A stretch of 64,000 nucleotides of DNA. Origin: Raillietiella orientalis (Eukaryota). Below are positions 13,701-25,029 of the stretch, piece by piece; the first letter of the stretch is position 1, and each line of letters begins with the position of its first letter. The stretch spans positions 62,001-126,000 of the forward strand of contig JAYWIR010000027.1 of NCBI GenBank assembly GCA_036172245.1, in the 5' to 3' direction. Position numbers and translations under genes: made by a program. Under the pieces are notes generated by a model. It did no database searches and was not told the DNA's origin. It saw only the letters and a list, made by a program, of their open reading frames with translations.

Positions 13701-16700
13701 GTCAGCTGAGTTCCACCCATCTCCGGGGCTCGCTCAGGGCTCCAGGGTCACCTTCGGCAGGCGAGTCCTCTGGCACTCCTCAGCGTTACGACTTATGACC
13801 ACCGACCTCCCTCTTCCCTCTCTCTCCTCCCCCCCAAATTATGCAGCAAGTCGCAGTCTCAGAGAACGGTCTTACTAAAAGCAACACACCGTGGTCATTG
13901 GTGATGAGCGCATTCTGACGAGGGTGCTCTTTCCAAAATGCTTTCGGCGAAGAGCCAGGATCCCACGTTCTTGCACCACCAAAACCCGTTCCCGGAGCAG
14001 GCTGCGAGATCTTCCTGCAATGCCTCTCTTCGGAAAATTCCGAAGGAGGTTCGATAATCATGTCTTCATTGTTGTATTCTTGGGTCCATGGAAGCTCTCA
14101 TTTGAGTGAAAATGCAGCAAAAGCAGTTGGGAAATCCAGGAATAGCCACTTACTGGAGCTCCTTTGGTCCTCTGAGGACCACGAGGAACTGTTCCTTATT
14201 CGGCCTAATGGCACTGTTTCTTCGTGAAACTCGGAACAGAGGTCATCGGAGTTCGTAACTCCTACCGATGGGAGGCAACACCACAGAGCTCTCGGGCAGG
14301 TTACCAGTTTGCTTAGCAAGTGGATCTCGACAACCGGCGGAGGAAGCAATCTCCAGCACGGGCTCACCAAACAGGAGCCCTTGATCGATGTGTCCTTTCA
14401 GAAGACGTCGACAAAACGATTGAGCTTCGAAAGCCACTGCTTCCGGATGCATGTCTTTCATTTCCTGTCCGCTGCACTTACGCTGTCGATCCTAACAAAG
14501 ATGATGTTCTGGGAACGTTTCGTCCTTCGAGGACCGCAGCAGCGCATTCTGCGGAAATACGCGACGCGCTTCCCGTCGTTCTCTCTCTCGATACCTCACT
14601 CCTCACATGACCGACTCACATCGTCTCGACAACCCACTGCTTTCTTTGAACAGAATTTCCACAGACGGAACTGGAAGAGGAGGCCCGCTAAAAATGGATG
14701 CTCGTAACTGTCCCGAATAACGGGCGCTGCTTGGGATGGATGAAGGCTGCGCATGGGAGCACGGAAGGAGTAACAGTCACTCGTTTAAAAAAAGGGCGTC
14801 TCGCAATCCTCATTCGATCCGCCTTGGGGAGAGTTGCGAGCCGATGCGTGAACAGAAAGCAGATCAAGATCGGGCTCACCAGCACCAAATGAAGATGGAT
14901 ACGAAGCGGTCTCTGAAGTGGAATGAAGGCAGCTAAGCATCGCCGCTGAGACATCGAGGAGACCGCACTTGATGCAAAAACACTTGACGGTGTTTTCCAT
15001 CGCTTTCCTGCTCCTGTGAACGAAAAGTCGGGAGGGGAGGAAAGAGGGGTGGGGAAACAAGCTGAGGGACTCCCACTTTGTGCTCCAGAAAACTTCTATT
15101 TTTGATTGAGCACACAGAAAGATGTGCTGATACGCCACACTTTCTTCCTCCTATGCTAAAATCCAACGAGGGAATCTCAGTGTGAATTTCGTTTCAAGAA
15201 GAAAGTGGACCCGATTTCAGTCGGCAGCGGCTCGTCAAGAAGTTACATTCAACGATTACCCTCCGAAGTACAGAACTGATCCACGAGCATCAGCCGACGG
15301 CATCCAAATGCTGGAGTTTACACGAAGTTCTTTTGAGAAGAGGTAAAGCAGAATCCTCTATTGCCTTGGTAGAAGGATTAACTACCAAGGCAACAGAGAA
15401 TCACTTCATCACTGTTGCCGTGTACATGCATCAGGTAGTGTACGGGTGTACGCTCCTGGAGGCTGTGGCTCAACTGCTAGCTGTGTTCATAGATGAGCAC
15501 CTTAATGCTCCATCTCCGATTCGTGGACTGGAGCAAGAAGAAAGCAGTTTCGAATGTCCACATCGTTTCAATCCAAGAGGATCCCTCATCCTTTCTATCT
15601 AACTCTTTGATTCTTGCAAAGCCTCAGTTTCCTGCATGCTCCTCATGCAGCTTCCCCAGATCTAATGAGTCCGGAGATTCGCTCCTATAAAATGCTGAAG
15701 CAGGATGCCCTTGAGAGGATACTTGCTCCAGTTGGGGGGGTTGCTGCTTACGGTTCAAGCCTAGCTCTTGGATTGCAAACAGCCGTCCAAAATTCACGAA
15801 ACCACACGTGGAAGATCACAGTGCATGCCTCTCATAGCAAATACATGCGCAACCTGTACTGCATGTGTACACTGTGCGGCAAGTGACTCGAGTCTCCAGT
15901 CCAACGTCTACAAAGGCAGATCAGGACTTCCTCAATCTGTGTGCGTTGCCTTCCCATTGGTTCCCTCTTCCTCCTGCGTGAAGAGGTGATGCCGCTGTCA
16001 AGGCTTTCCTCACGAAGACTTGAAAGGAGTAGCGCATAAAGATTCTCAAGGAAGAATGCATGAAAGAATTTTCATGGCTACCTAGATTTTTCATATGAAG
16101 AAGACGTAAAAAGATGGTGCGAGTTTCGTGATACGAACTGCGCATCCTGGTGGGAAGCGTACACTGTGCTCTGGGTTCCGCATCCTCCCCTCCTCAGGGC
16201 AACAGAAGGGAACGTCCTCCACCTTGACGATGGCCGGAGGGTGCGCTCTTCTACCGGTTCGACCACGGAAGGAAAACTTGCACTACTCCTCTGCGACCCC
16301 GGATTTCCTCGGCTGCCTCGCAAGCGGCGAAACGAGAGGTGCTCCCCTTCTAGGGCGGCTCGCCAGGTCGCTTCTGACAGTTCGATTTAAGAGCCGCAGG
16401 GCGTCACCGCCATCCCGGAGCCCGAAGAAAGTAGACCCGAGGGACAGGAGACGCCCAACGTGCCCTCCCTTTGGGGCCTGTTCGTGGCTTACGGAGAGTG
16501 CCTCTGGGAGGACACGGGAGAGCCCGGAGAAAAAAACGAGACACGCCCGCGGGAGCGGACAATTAGTTTACGGACAAAAAACACGCAGCAAGCGCAGTCT
16601 CGGGTGTGATGTCACGGACCTTGGTATTCCTCCTCGTTCATGCGGACAAGTTTCCCGTACGGGTCACAGCACAAAAAAAAGGCGAAAGTGCTCTTACCAG

Positions 16701-19700
16701 AATGGGGAGGACGAAGAGGGAAGGAATGGCCTGAAAGATTCTGCTGGCTTCCCCAAACAGAGACGCTGCCAGGGCTATCCTCTTTCTCATCACCAGCAAA
16801 ACGAAGCAAATGACCACCTGGACGCGGTGGCACGGGACTTCCCCTACCTGTACCTTTCTTTCCCAGGACTCACAGCCACGGCAGAGAAGACGATCGCTGC
16901 GATCAAGTAACTGGTTGCGTTTTCCGAGCAGAGGGTGCCGAAGAACCCGCTGTGGTCCCTCCCTCGGTCAGCGTGGGACATGAAGTAGCAGTACCTTCCG
17001 ACGAGAAAAGACACCGTGAGGCACTGACTGGCGTTCGATTGATCCGCCCACCCTGATGTTTACGTTCAACCCCACGAGGCGGCATAAAGGTCACAAAATG
17101 GTCCGCCGAAGAGATGCCAGTGAAGATGCTAAAGGGAAGGAGGACCTAAACTTAGCACATACATGCTCAGCCTGTACGTGGCATGTGTACACTGTCAGGA
17201 AAGTGACTCGTGTCTCAAGACCAACGTCCACAAAGGTAGATCGGGGCTTCCGCGATCTGTGTGTTGCCTTCCCATTGGTTCCCTCTTCCTCCCGCATAAA
17301 GAAGTGATGCCATTGTCAAGGCTTTCCTCTCAAAGACTTGAAAATAGTAGCTGCCTCTCCACTGAGACTTGGGGGGGGGGGACAACAACAGAAAAAAAAG
17401 CATCATCCTTTCCAGTGTTGGCTTTTCACAGTCTGATTTTCCAGGCGGAGCTGACCCCTTCCACCCCTCACCTCCAAGGAAACATAGTCCCGCTGACGTC
17501 AGCCTCCTTCTGAAGCTGGAGAGCCCCCAAGTTCTGGTCTTCCCTTTCCCCTCAGAGTGGAACGAGAAACTCTTTACCACAAGAACACAGTTCCGCCGAC
17601 AGCCAGCAGGAAGATGGCAGCGAAGCAGAACCAGATGATGAAGGCGCTCAGGCACCGGAGGAAGAACACGGCGAGCATGGAAAACCCTGGAGATGGAAAA
17701 GGTTTGAGTTTCGGAGGAGTGGTCAGATCCCTCCATGGCATCCCAGATTTGCCGCCTGGGCGACCCACCCGCTCCGGCGAGACACAGGTACAGGATCCTG
17801 TCGTACGACGCAGCTACGTCCTGTACGACGCTCTGTAACAAAAGTGCACGTTGGGATGGCAAAGTCCTTCCTCCTCCGCGCCCGCGCCGCGCGTAAATCC
17901 GCTGCAGGTAAAGACGCTCACCAAGAAGAAGCTGTGGGCCATGTTATCCAGGACGACGATCCCCGTTCTCATGCATCTGTACAACACAACCGTGCTGTCA
18001 CGAGAGAGAATTTCACAGATAAAGAGGAATCGGGGTTGCCCACGACGTACCTCAGGGGTGGGCACTTCGAGACGCATTCCGGGGCGAGACAGGGAACGAA
18101 AGCATGGGACGTGTTTTCTTGAGGACAAATATCCAGGTAGCTGAAGAAAAGGGGGGAAAGGCTGGAGTTTCTATGGATATCTCGAGTGAACGAGGCAGCA
18201 TGTGAGCTGATAGAGAGAGTGTATCGTAGGAAGCGGGATAGCAACGGGAAGCGTCCGAGAAGCGCTTTCGTCACGCAGAGATCAGGTGAAGCTTCTGAGG
18301 CAAGAGCCTCTGGATACGACTGCAAGAGCCACATCCTTGAAACAAGCACGCTTCTCAGCATGCTCGTTTCAAGGACGCAAAGCCCGTCTTGGAACGCCAT
18401 GGGAAACTCAGGATCACGGTCACCATTCATTTTCGAACCCTGGGTCCATGTCGCCTCTCCTGACCGATGTCCCTTCGACGAATTTCGAACAGGCTGCAGT
18501 GTTTCATCCATCGAGGTGGCTTCCGGCGGGAGATCCGCATAGCTTCCAGCTGACGGGAGCAGGTCAGAACAGGGCGAAGCCATGTGACCCGCAAGCAGGT
18601 GCTTGGGAAGAAACCACGTTTCCTCAGATCCCGTGGTGATGTTGTGATTCCAAGAAGTGCACACTTCCCCATCTCTCTTGCTCACATGCAGCCTCATCAG
18701 CAAGTCCGAAGATCCGACACGGGCACTCCTCAGGGAGGGTGCAGCTCGGCAAAATTCCTCTCCACGCTCCAGTAAGATCGATGCTCGCGCTTCGAGATTC
18801 TTGCTAATGCCGATATCGTCCCGAATTAGGTGGGTCCTGGAAGCCAAGTGAGTGGACGATGAGTCAAACGGAAAGCATGGATGACGAGGTATCCTCATCA
18901 ATTAGCTGCTCATGGCTCTCCACGGACTCGCGTTCTCGGCAAAGTTCTGTTCACGTCTATCGCACGAAAACAAGGCAGCACAGCTTCCGTGGAGATCCTG
19001 AGCAAGTTGCCGCCGCTGGAAGAAATTTTGCTCTTCGCATCTTCTCGAGTTGTGGTGCCAACAAAGGTTCTCTATGGAAGCTAGAGGTGTTCCAGTCGGA
19101 AGGCGACCCAAGGGCGTCAGGTTCACACGGCGACCACCTCTCGCCGCCATCTTCCGAACCGTTGCCTTAGCCCTTGGGCTGCAGCATTGGTCTTCCCCAT
19201 ATCGCATTCTTCGGCACTCTTGCTGACGAAGACTTCCACGTGCTGTAAGGACCGATCAGTAGGGTCTGCACCTTAAACCCTCCCAGGATCCTGAGGCCTT
19301 GTCTTCTACCGGCTAAGCCAGGCACATTGTTGAGTAGGGCAGTTATGCAGGGTACCTAACTTTCTTTCGGTCAAACATGCATCATTGCTCAGAGAATGCT
19401 GGCGCGCAGCAATCGAAAAAGGAAAATCCAGAGGGAATGACAAAGATGCACCACCGATGGGGCGCAAACCCGCCTTTCTGGATGGAAGTCCAGATTCCGC
19501 TTATCGGAGACCCGATAGTCCAGAGAGGTCAGGAAGGAGAGTTCATTACCGTCCACTGAGCCTTACCGCTTGTTGGTGAAGTCCTGACCACTACCAGGCA
19601 AGCCGGGTAGCGGATCATTCTTTCTGCCACAGACATTCCCACTTAAGTCGCATCCGTGAACGAGGATGTCGAGCTGTCCCACCCAGCCGGCGTACAAAGC

Positions 19701-20023
19701 TGCTCCCATCTTCAATCACAGCAGTCCCTACTCTCGAACGGCAGCTCTGACGGAAAACTCACCAGGACAATGAAGAAAACAAAGAGTAGAAAAAGGCACA
19801 AAGTGTCTGTGCAGTGCCTGCTTTTGGTTAACGACGGTAGCTGCTTTTCTTCCTTGTCGGGAGAGAGGGAACGGACGCACAGTTATGAAAGCGTCACACA
19901 TTGCGGGTCACAGAGTAAAAGTGCAGAATGGTCCAAAGCGCTCTGTTTTCTCCTACATGAACTTACCTGGATCTGAAAGGCGCCTGTCTGCACCTGAGAA
20001 GGAGTGTCTTTTTCGGCTGGCAT
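1668..20023 (-). CDS. SLC44A1: Choline transporter-like protein (SLC44/CTL family, CTL1-like); 15 traced coding exons: 20023-19967, 19852-19763, 19709-19567, 18140-18051, 17994-17922, 17832-17769, 17686-17578, 16994-16874, 16817-16698, 8680-8574, 5462-5239, 5161-4995, 3445-3353, 2038-1946, 1721-1668
   Basis: All introns are GT-AG and phases are compatible (1605 nt = 534 aa + stop). Family motifs occur in order: RHCTDTLCL, GCDLSGNVCG, CVSKCP, LYRC, MRKRIALA..LFGEA, WVSQFCIHCQHMVIA, HLGSVALGSFLI, AYTEIAIYGKSF, IDSLFICFCED..LNDG..KPYYMS. Family assignment is strong; the exact orthologue is inferred. Confidence 0.93.
1946..2038 (-). CDS. CTL exon (MIIDSLFICFCEDSKLNDGVEKPYYMSKRLM)
   Basis: Diagnostic SLC44 C-terminal motif; acceptor tttcag, donor gtaagg. 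Confidence 0.96.
2680..3080 (+). mobile_element. Short CR1-like 3' remnant in CTL intron
   Basis: GRIWHQ..KLQ; GPAPKF..RVVW..FKGIL. Confidence 0.35.
3353..3445 (-). CDS. CTL exon (NDQLLTYKWLPTLLCAVFAYIISSSTLGLYE)
   Basis: P......FAY.I......YE pattern; acceptor tctttccag, donor gttagt. Confidence 0.9.
4995..5462 (-). CDS. CTL exons (DKALLHFPI...HLGSVALGSFLI...AYTEI / AIYGKSFFPSA...GVLLFE), intron 5162-5238
   Basis: Core plasma-membrane choline transporter domain motifs; canonical splice sites; phases match. Confidence 0.95.
6153..6630 (+). mobile_element. tRNA-derived SINE copy (in CTL intron, antisense to the gene)
   Basis: Starts cgcgtc; B-box gggttcgaatccc, second gcgtcgcgggtt(ttg)agt about 60 nt later; body blocks (aagatgacgct, cttcctaggaatcaggga, cctccggtt, ccatggagctgg) shared with other copies. 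Confidence 0.7.
8574..8680 (-). CDS. CTL exon (YFQLYNLLSLLWVSQFCIHCQHMVIARTVSLWFFT)
   Basis: Matches the family pattern W.S.F...CQ.M.IA..V..W.FTR; acceptor ccttccag, donor gtaag. Confidence 0.9.
11080..11350 (+). mobile_element. Short RTE-like 3' remnant
   Basis: GMDD..CYDV..EGGLKRLKQ resembles RM.D.R.PK..LY..G.R..GG..KR.KD. Confidence 0.3.
11500..16035 (-). mobile_element. Decayed non-LTR retrotransposon ORF2 (APE + RT, RTE-like) in the large CTL intron
   Basis: APE-like LHAGGRGNQWEG, ILDGCL and KGILLQHF (15600-16030); RT-like LPESSVVLPPIGRS and WLFLDFPTAF (14100-14300). Many stops; boundaries approximate. Confidence 0.5.
16698..16994 (-). CDS. CTL exons 8-9 (WYCYF...YLIAAIVFSAVA / VVICFVLLVMRKRIALAASLFGEASRIFQAIPSLFVLPIL)
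   Basis: MRKRIxLA..LFxEA motif; 56-nt intron 16818-16873; gtgagt and gtaag donors. Confidence 0.92.
17153..17351 (-). repeat. Second copy (about 85% identical by hand alignment) of the LINE endonuclease segment at 15835-16033
   Basis: Shared blocks gcatgtgtacactgt, gttgccttcccattggttccctcttcctcc and tgtcaaggctttcctc; translates LLYAGGRGNQWEG and VTFLTVYT (VYAP-like). Confidence 0.85.
17578..17832 (-). CDS. CTL exons 6-7 (SVVQDVAASYDRILYLCLAGA / GFSMLAVFFLRCLSAFIIWFCFAAIFLLAVGGTVFL)
   Basis: Hydrophobic TM segments with the LR....IW pattern; canonical splice sites. Confidence 0.9.
17922..18140 (-). CDS. CTL exons 4-5 (YLDICPQ...ECVSKCPPL / STVVLYRCMRT...SFFL), 56-nt intron 17995-18050
   Basis: CVSKCP and RC ectodomain motifs; ttcttcag and tgacag acceptors, gtacgt and gtgagc donors; phases match. 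Confidence 0.88.
18200..19050 (-). mobile_element. Decayed LINE RT fragment (domains 5-7 and downstream) in CTL intron 3
   Basis: HLIRDDIGISKNLEARASILLERGEEFC (YADD..LQ.LL..EEFC-like), KCALLGIT (KYLG-like), LETSMLRSVL. Confidence 0.55.
19567..19709 (-). CDS. CTL exon 3 (MGAALYAGWVGQLDILVHGCDLSGNVCGRKNDPLPGLPGSGQDFTNK)
   Basis: G-x-D-xx-GN-x-CG and SG-x-D-x-T motifs; donor gtaagg. Confidence 0.92.
19763..19852 (-). CDS. CTL exon 2 (EEKQLPSLTKSRHCTDTLCLFLLFVFFIVL)
   Basis: R-x-CTD-xx-CL motif plus TM1; donor gtgagt. Confidence 0.9.
19967..20023 (-). CDS. CTL exon 1 (MPAEKDTPSQVQTGAFQIQ)
   Basis: The ATG directly follows an acceptor-like tctcacag and the donor CAG|gtaagt is perfect. It joins the next exon in phase 0. 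An upstream (UTR or coding) exon is implied but not located. Confidence 0.7.
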
Positions 20024-20349
20024 CTGTGAGACAACTCTTCCACCATGGAACAGGTTCCTCGAATTCTTGCCAAAGGATGGAAGCGCACACCAGCAGCTGT
20101 CAAGGCACGTACCCTCTTGAAGCTGTGGGAACTACGTAATGCTCGGTAAAGACCTCTGCCATCCTTATCTCCACAAAACGGCATCGGAACGCATGGAAAG
20201 CCGGAAACGCTTCCAAGCAGAAGTCATGTGACAGCGAGCCTCTTCGGCCTCCTGATAAGTGGAGATCTCGATGCCACGATAACCATTTCTTGCTTGATAA
20301 GGGGGTAGATAGCAGTTCGTGAGTCTGAGCCCCTCTGCGAGGGTCTCAA

Positions 20350-23300
20350 GGATACCTAGGAAAAACAGGAACGTTCCTGGAATAATCTCTCCTTGGGAGA
20401 GGAGGGAAAGAGTTCCAGGAGCGAATGAATGCAGAGTCCTTCGAACCCTTCGCGCTCTGGACAGGCAAGGGAGAGTGGTTTTCCTTCTTGGCGCCTGGCT
20501 TTTGTTTAATTGGAACCCGGCAGCGATCTCTACTTAGACGCACGGAAGCATGTCCGTGTCCCAGCTTAGAGGGATGGGGTGGGACGGAACTCACCTGCCG
20601 GTCCTGAACTAACTCACACCTCTGAGCCTTTCGGATCTGAACATGAAAGATTCCGACACCAGAACATGTGTCGCTCAGTGGATGCTCGCACTTTCGCGCT
20701 CTTGTGATTCCAAGAAGTGCACACTTTCCCATCTCTCTTGCTCACATGCAGCCTCATCAGCAATTCCGAAGATCCGACACGGGCACTCCTCAGGGATGGT
20801 GCAGCTCGGCAAAATTCCTCTCCACGCTCCAGTAAGATCGATGCTCGCGCTTCGAGATTCTTGCTAATGCCGATATCGTCCCGAATTAGGTGGGTCCTGG
20901 AAGCCAAGTGAAGCTGGACGACGAGTCAAACGGAGAGCACAGATGGCTAGGTGTTCTCATCAAGTAGATGCTTCCCCCTCCATGGTCTCGCGTTTTCGGC
21001 AAAGTTCTGAAACTGGAAAACGAAGTGCAGCTTGCCTGGGTTCTTTTTTGCATCTCGCACGGCTCATCCTCTTGGAAGAACATATTCGATCTCTGGAGAA
21101 GCACAAGGATGGCTTCTTCTGGATCCGGGCGACAAACGAAGCAGGGAAACAACGAGGAAGTTTACTCGGTGGGGAAAGGTGGTGGATTTGAGAAAGTTCG
21201 ACCATCAGTCAAGCGTCCTTGAACTGGGAACGCTTTCTCAAAAGCTTAGGTGAGATCTGTCATAACAGAAAAGGCCACATCGACTCTTGGAGGAAGGACT
21301 CTCCAGCAACTCCTTCCAGCATATTCATGTGCGTTTACCACCAAGGAGGAGATCACAGAATACACACCGTGTCTGTGGATTCCTTGCAGCTCATGGGCAA
21401 GCCTATCGCTCCGTCCGTGAAGTTTCCTGCCATCTGGAACGGAGCCACCGGTTTCTCTTCCTCGAGAAGAACAAATAGAAAGCTTGATGGCAACAGAGCG
21501 AAGCGTCTCCATCTTGAGTCCTGGACGAATGGGTTGCTTAGCTCTCCGTCTAAGGCATCCCTTCGGGTTTTCTGGAGATGACGTCATTCTCAAGCAGCAG
21601 GCGGCTGGGTCTCGGACGCGCTGGAGAGAGTGAACGAGCCCTGCATCTCTAAAGCAATCAAGCCATGCCAGGATTCCATCAGATCCCTTGAAGGTTCAAT
21701 GGATCCGTTTTTCTCGCATCCTTCCCTTTGAAGTCGCGTTTTCCCTTCTTTGAGCCGCCGACCCGTTGAATGTCTCTAAAACGATGGGCAGTGAATTCGC
21801 TTAAAACAGAGTAATTTTTCTCGTTACTCGGGGAACAGTCGTTGCCGGAAGTGATCGCTCGACCACTATGTATGCCTCCCCCTCATGAACGCAACTTCCG
21901 ATCAGCCAAAACAGCGAAAGGCGAGCAGGCACTTCTCCATCCCTCTCCGCTTCTCATCGAGGAGTGCCGGCATGTGCACGAGCACATGTAGACCTGGAGC
22001 CTGGAAGCCCCGAGGAGCGACGAGGAACTGGAACAGCTTCAAGTTCCCCAAGCACCGAATAGGGAACCTCAAGAAAGAGATGGCGCGCTCCAACTTTCAA
22101 CACTCTCGCGATATATTCACTGGACACAGCGTTTGTCGGGCCGCTTATCATGATGACCAGTCCATGGCTTCTTCCTTCCCCTTCCTAAGCCTTCTTCAGT
22201 CAAGAACTTTCCTTTTTCTGAAGATCAGGTAACGAACATGTCTGAGGAGATGCTGGAAATCCACCCATTCCATCACCATTTGTTTGCACTCCCGATAGCA
22301 TCATTGCAAACAACCCAACTCCAATGTCAGCCGTCTTCCATCAGATCCCCTAATCCCAAATGTTTTGATAGCCACAGTTGGGGAAACTTCTGTTACTCTC
22401 CCTGTCGCAGATGCGTCCGTACATTCTAGAGAATCACTCTGAATCTCACTGCTCGTCCGCGTCTGAGGCCACGTGGCTGCTGAGGTCTCCGAACGTGACA
22501 CCACCAAGCGTCACAAATTCGAATCCCCTCGGAGAGGATCGACACCGAGAGACGGGAGTGAGTCATGGGTTCGAGCTCCTCCTGCAAGATGAAGCTGGTT
22601 GGCCTGCATTCGAGTGCGGTACTGGTAGAAGTTCAAACCGGATGCCCCCGATGATTGGCTAGGTTTGGGAGTCGACTCTCGGGAGTCCTTCCAGGCAACT
22701 GAATGAAGGAGTCCAGTTCCGGTTCCCTTCGGGCTTTCCCTCCAGTTGTGCAAATCCCACTGTTATCCCTCTCACATCTTCGCCATTCAGCGAGTGAGTC
22801 TCTCTATTCGCAGCTCCTGCGCTCCCACTTACTCCTGATAGTTTAAGCTAACCGACTTTCATTGGAAGCATACTCTGGGTTGCGATCTTGGAATGGCGCT
22901 CCTTCCGCATTATCGTCTCGTAGGCTGCCATGCAAGAAAGCACCTTCCCATCTCGAAAGAAGCATTAATTCGATACTCCCAAAGATCACGTGGCTCTGTT
23001 TTCCTTCCGGATACTTGAGACGTTTCAGCATTCACCTTCCTGGAGCACATTCCATCGTTGGGGCTTCGTAGCAAAGAGGTCTGTGTGAACCCTTGCTGCT
23101 ACGATCCTAAGGAGTTTGCGCTGGATCGGTTCTTGCTCCACGAAACAAGGTCGTCCCTCATCATCACAAGCAGCTCTTTCGTCTTGTCTTCCAGGACGTT
23201 TCGAAATGCTTCTTCGGTTTTCAGAATCCTTCGACTCTGAAAGATCACCACTGCTTCGCAGCCGACGTCCCCGCGCGCGCTTTCCCGAAGCTTGAGGCGC

Positions 23301-23500
23301 CAACGCGGGAACCCGGAGAATCGATTTGCCCCGACAACCACGATCGATATTTTCATTTCTTTTCCGAGTCGGGCAAAGGAGAGGAGCAGGGAGTTCTCCC
23401 CGTGCTGAATACTCTGATTACCTGATTCGAATTCGAAGTGAGGGACTTTTTCCCTTTGGAAAGGGAGCGCTCCTCTTCCCGATGTCATTCCTCCTTCAGA
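20350..23500 (-). mobile_element. Decayed LINE ORF2 (RT domains 0-7) upstream of the CTL start exon
   Basis: In order: FQAPGL (KAPG), SRWRRFALLP (NYRPISLL), KESTDTVCIL, VMTDLT*AFE (DL.KAFD), IRDDI, KCALLGI; interrupted by a SINE at 22458-22730. Confidence 0.55.
22458..22730 (+). mobile_element. tRNA-derived SINE copy, 3'-truncated, nested in a LINE remnant
   Basis: cgcgtctgagg...caccaccaagcgtc...ttcgaatccc and ctcctgcaagatga...ggtagaagttcaaaccgga...gtccttccagg align with the copy at 47539. Confidence 0.7.
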
Positions 23501-25029
23501 GCACATCTACGCCTCGAGAGGAGGACGATTTCCCGTTAGCAGGAGATCTTGAGGTGCAGGGTGTTTTGAGACACCGCTGAGGACGGAAAAAAGGATAAGC
23601 TCTGCACTTCGCATTCTTTCGACGATTCAACGAAAAAAAAAGGGATTTTTCCTTCATCTGAGTGAAGTGACCGTGAGTTCTCCAAAGATCATCTACACCA
23701 TGTCTGCGTCTCAACACTGATGCAAGGTCCTCGAAAGTAGCTGCTGATGGCTGGAGAAACACAAGGGGAAATGGCTACGTAACATGTTAACGACATAGAC
23801 GACATCAACACTTATCACTCTTTACCCCATTTTCATTTTTTGCATCCTGCCATGCAGTCGGTGAAGATGGTGAAGGCTGTGAAGAGCCAGTCTCTCTCCT
23901 TTATTCTGTGCAGTCCCTCGGTTCAATCAGTAAAAGAGAGGGTTCCTTCGATGAAGTAATCCTTAGGATGCACTCTCCTTCTGCAACTGGTGCCGCTCAG
24001 AGGGAAAAGAATGGTCATCCTGGACGTTGCCCGTCCTTTCAAGAGCACCCTCTTCGTAAGTGCTCGAGGGAGGAGGCAGACCGGACAACGAAGGCCTCAC
24101 TGCCTCTGTCGGAAGGTCGTCTCCCTAGCCCGAATATCCGTCCGCAGCCTCCGTTGGGTCCTGGAATCTCAGAAAGGGAAAATTAATGCGAGGCGGCGAT
24201 CTTGAGACTCGCGGTTGCTCCCAAGATCCGACGCAGCCGCGACATGGATGGGATCCTTCTGATGGAGGAATGTTTCAGAAGATCGGCGACCAAAGAGAAC
24301 TGGAACCAGCTCCTGAGGGCGTTCTGATGACTCCGTGACTTTCCGAGGAGCGAGAGCATCTGCGCACGCGTACAGGGCAGGAAGATGGTTAGAAGCGCGA
24401 GGCTCCTCTGCTCTGCATTCTTTCAAGCTGCGGAGCTGGTTGGCATGCGGTCTTGGAATTTCCGGATCTCGCAGTGCCCCGTCGTCCTCAGAATCCCAGC
24501 ATCCAGAGACCACCGTTCAAATGACTCTAGGATCTCTATGGAGAGACCGTAGAACGAGATCAGGTCGCCATCGGCAGCCGCTCGCAGGGCATCTCTAGCT
24601 TGCGAGCCTGGACCTCTTATGAGTCCGTCTCCCTCAGTCGATCGTAGCGTTGTGACCCCTGGCACCAAGGAGAAAGTTCCTTACCCAATGATTTTGGATG
24701 TGGCGGCAGCCTCCCATTCCATACCAACGGAGAGCTCATTCTGCAATAGTGCCTCCTAGCTACTGCTCAGGTGGGTAGGAAAGAAATCGGTTGTTCATTG
24801 CGGATGAATTTTATTGTCCGCAGGGCACAGGTGTTCCTCTCTGGCAAGAAAACGGTGGAGTCTGAATGTGTCCAACGCTGCGCGTTCAGAGTGCTCATCA
24901 CTTCGGGATTGCAGTCCTTGCTGGGAGGTAGGTGGTGAGCACCCCAGAGGTCGACTTTTTCGCTCACACACCTGGACTAAACGCATAGGAAAACAAAGTT
25001 TCTGACATTTTTGACGTGTCTAGGAATCA

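Larger units (their letters stand above)
18642..20911. repeat. Direct repeat pair 18642-18851 / 20702-20911 (210 bp, 3 mismatches)
   Basis: Direct comparison at offset 2060; weaker similarity continues about 100 bp to the right. Confidence 0.97.
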
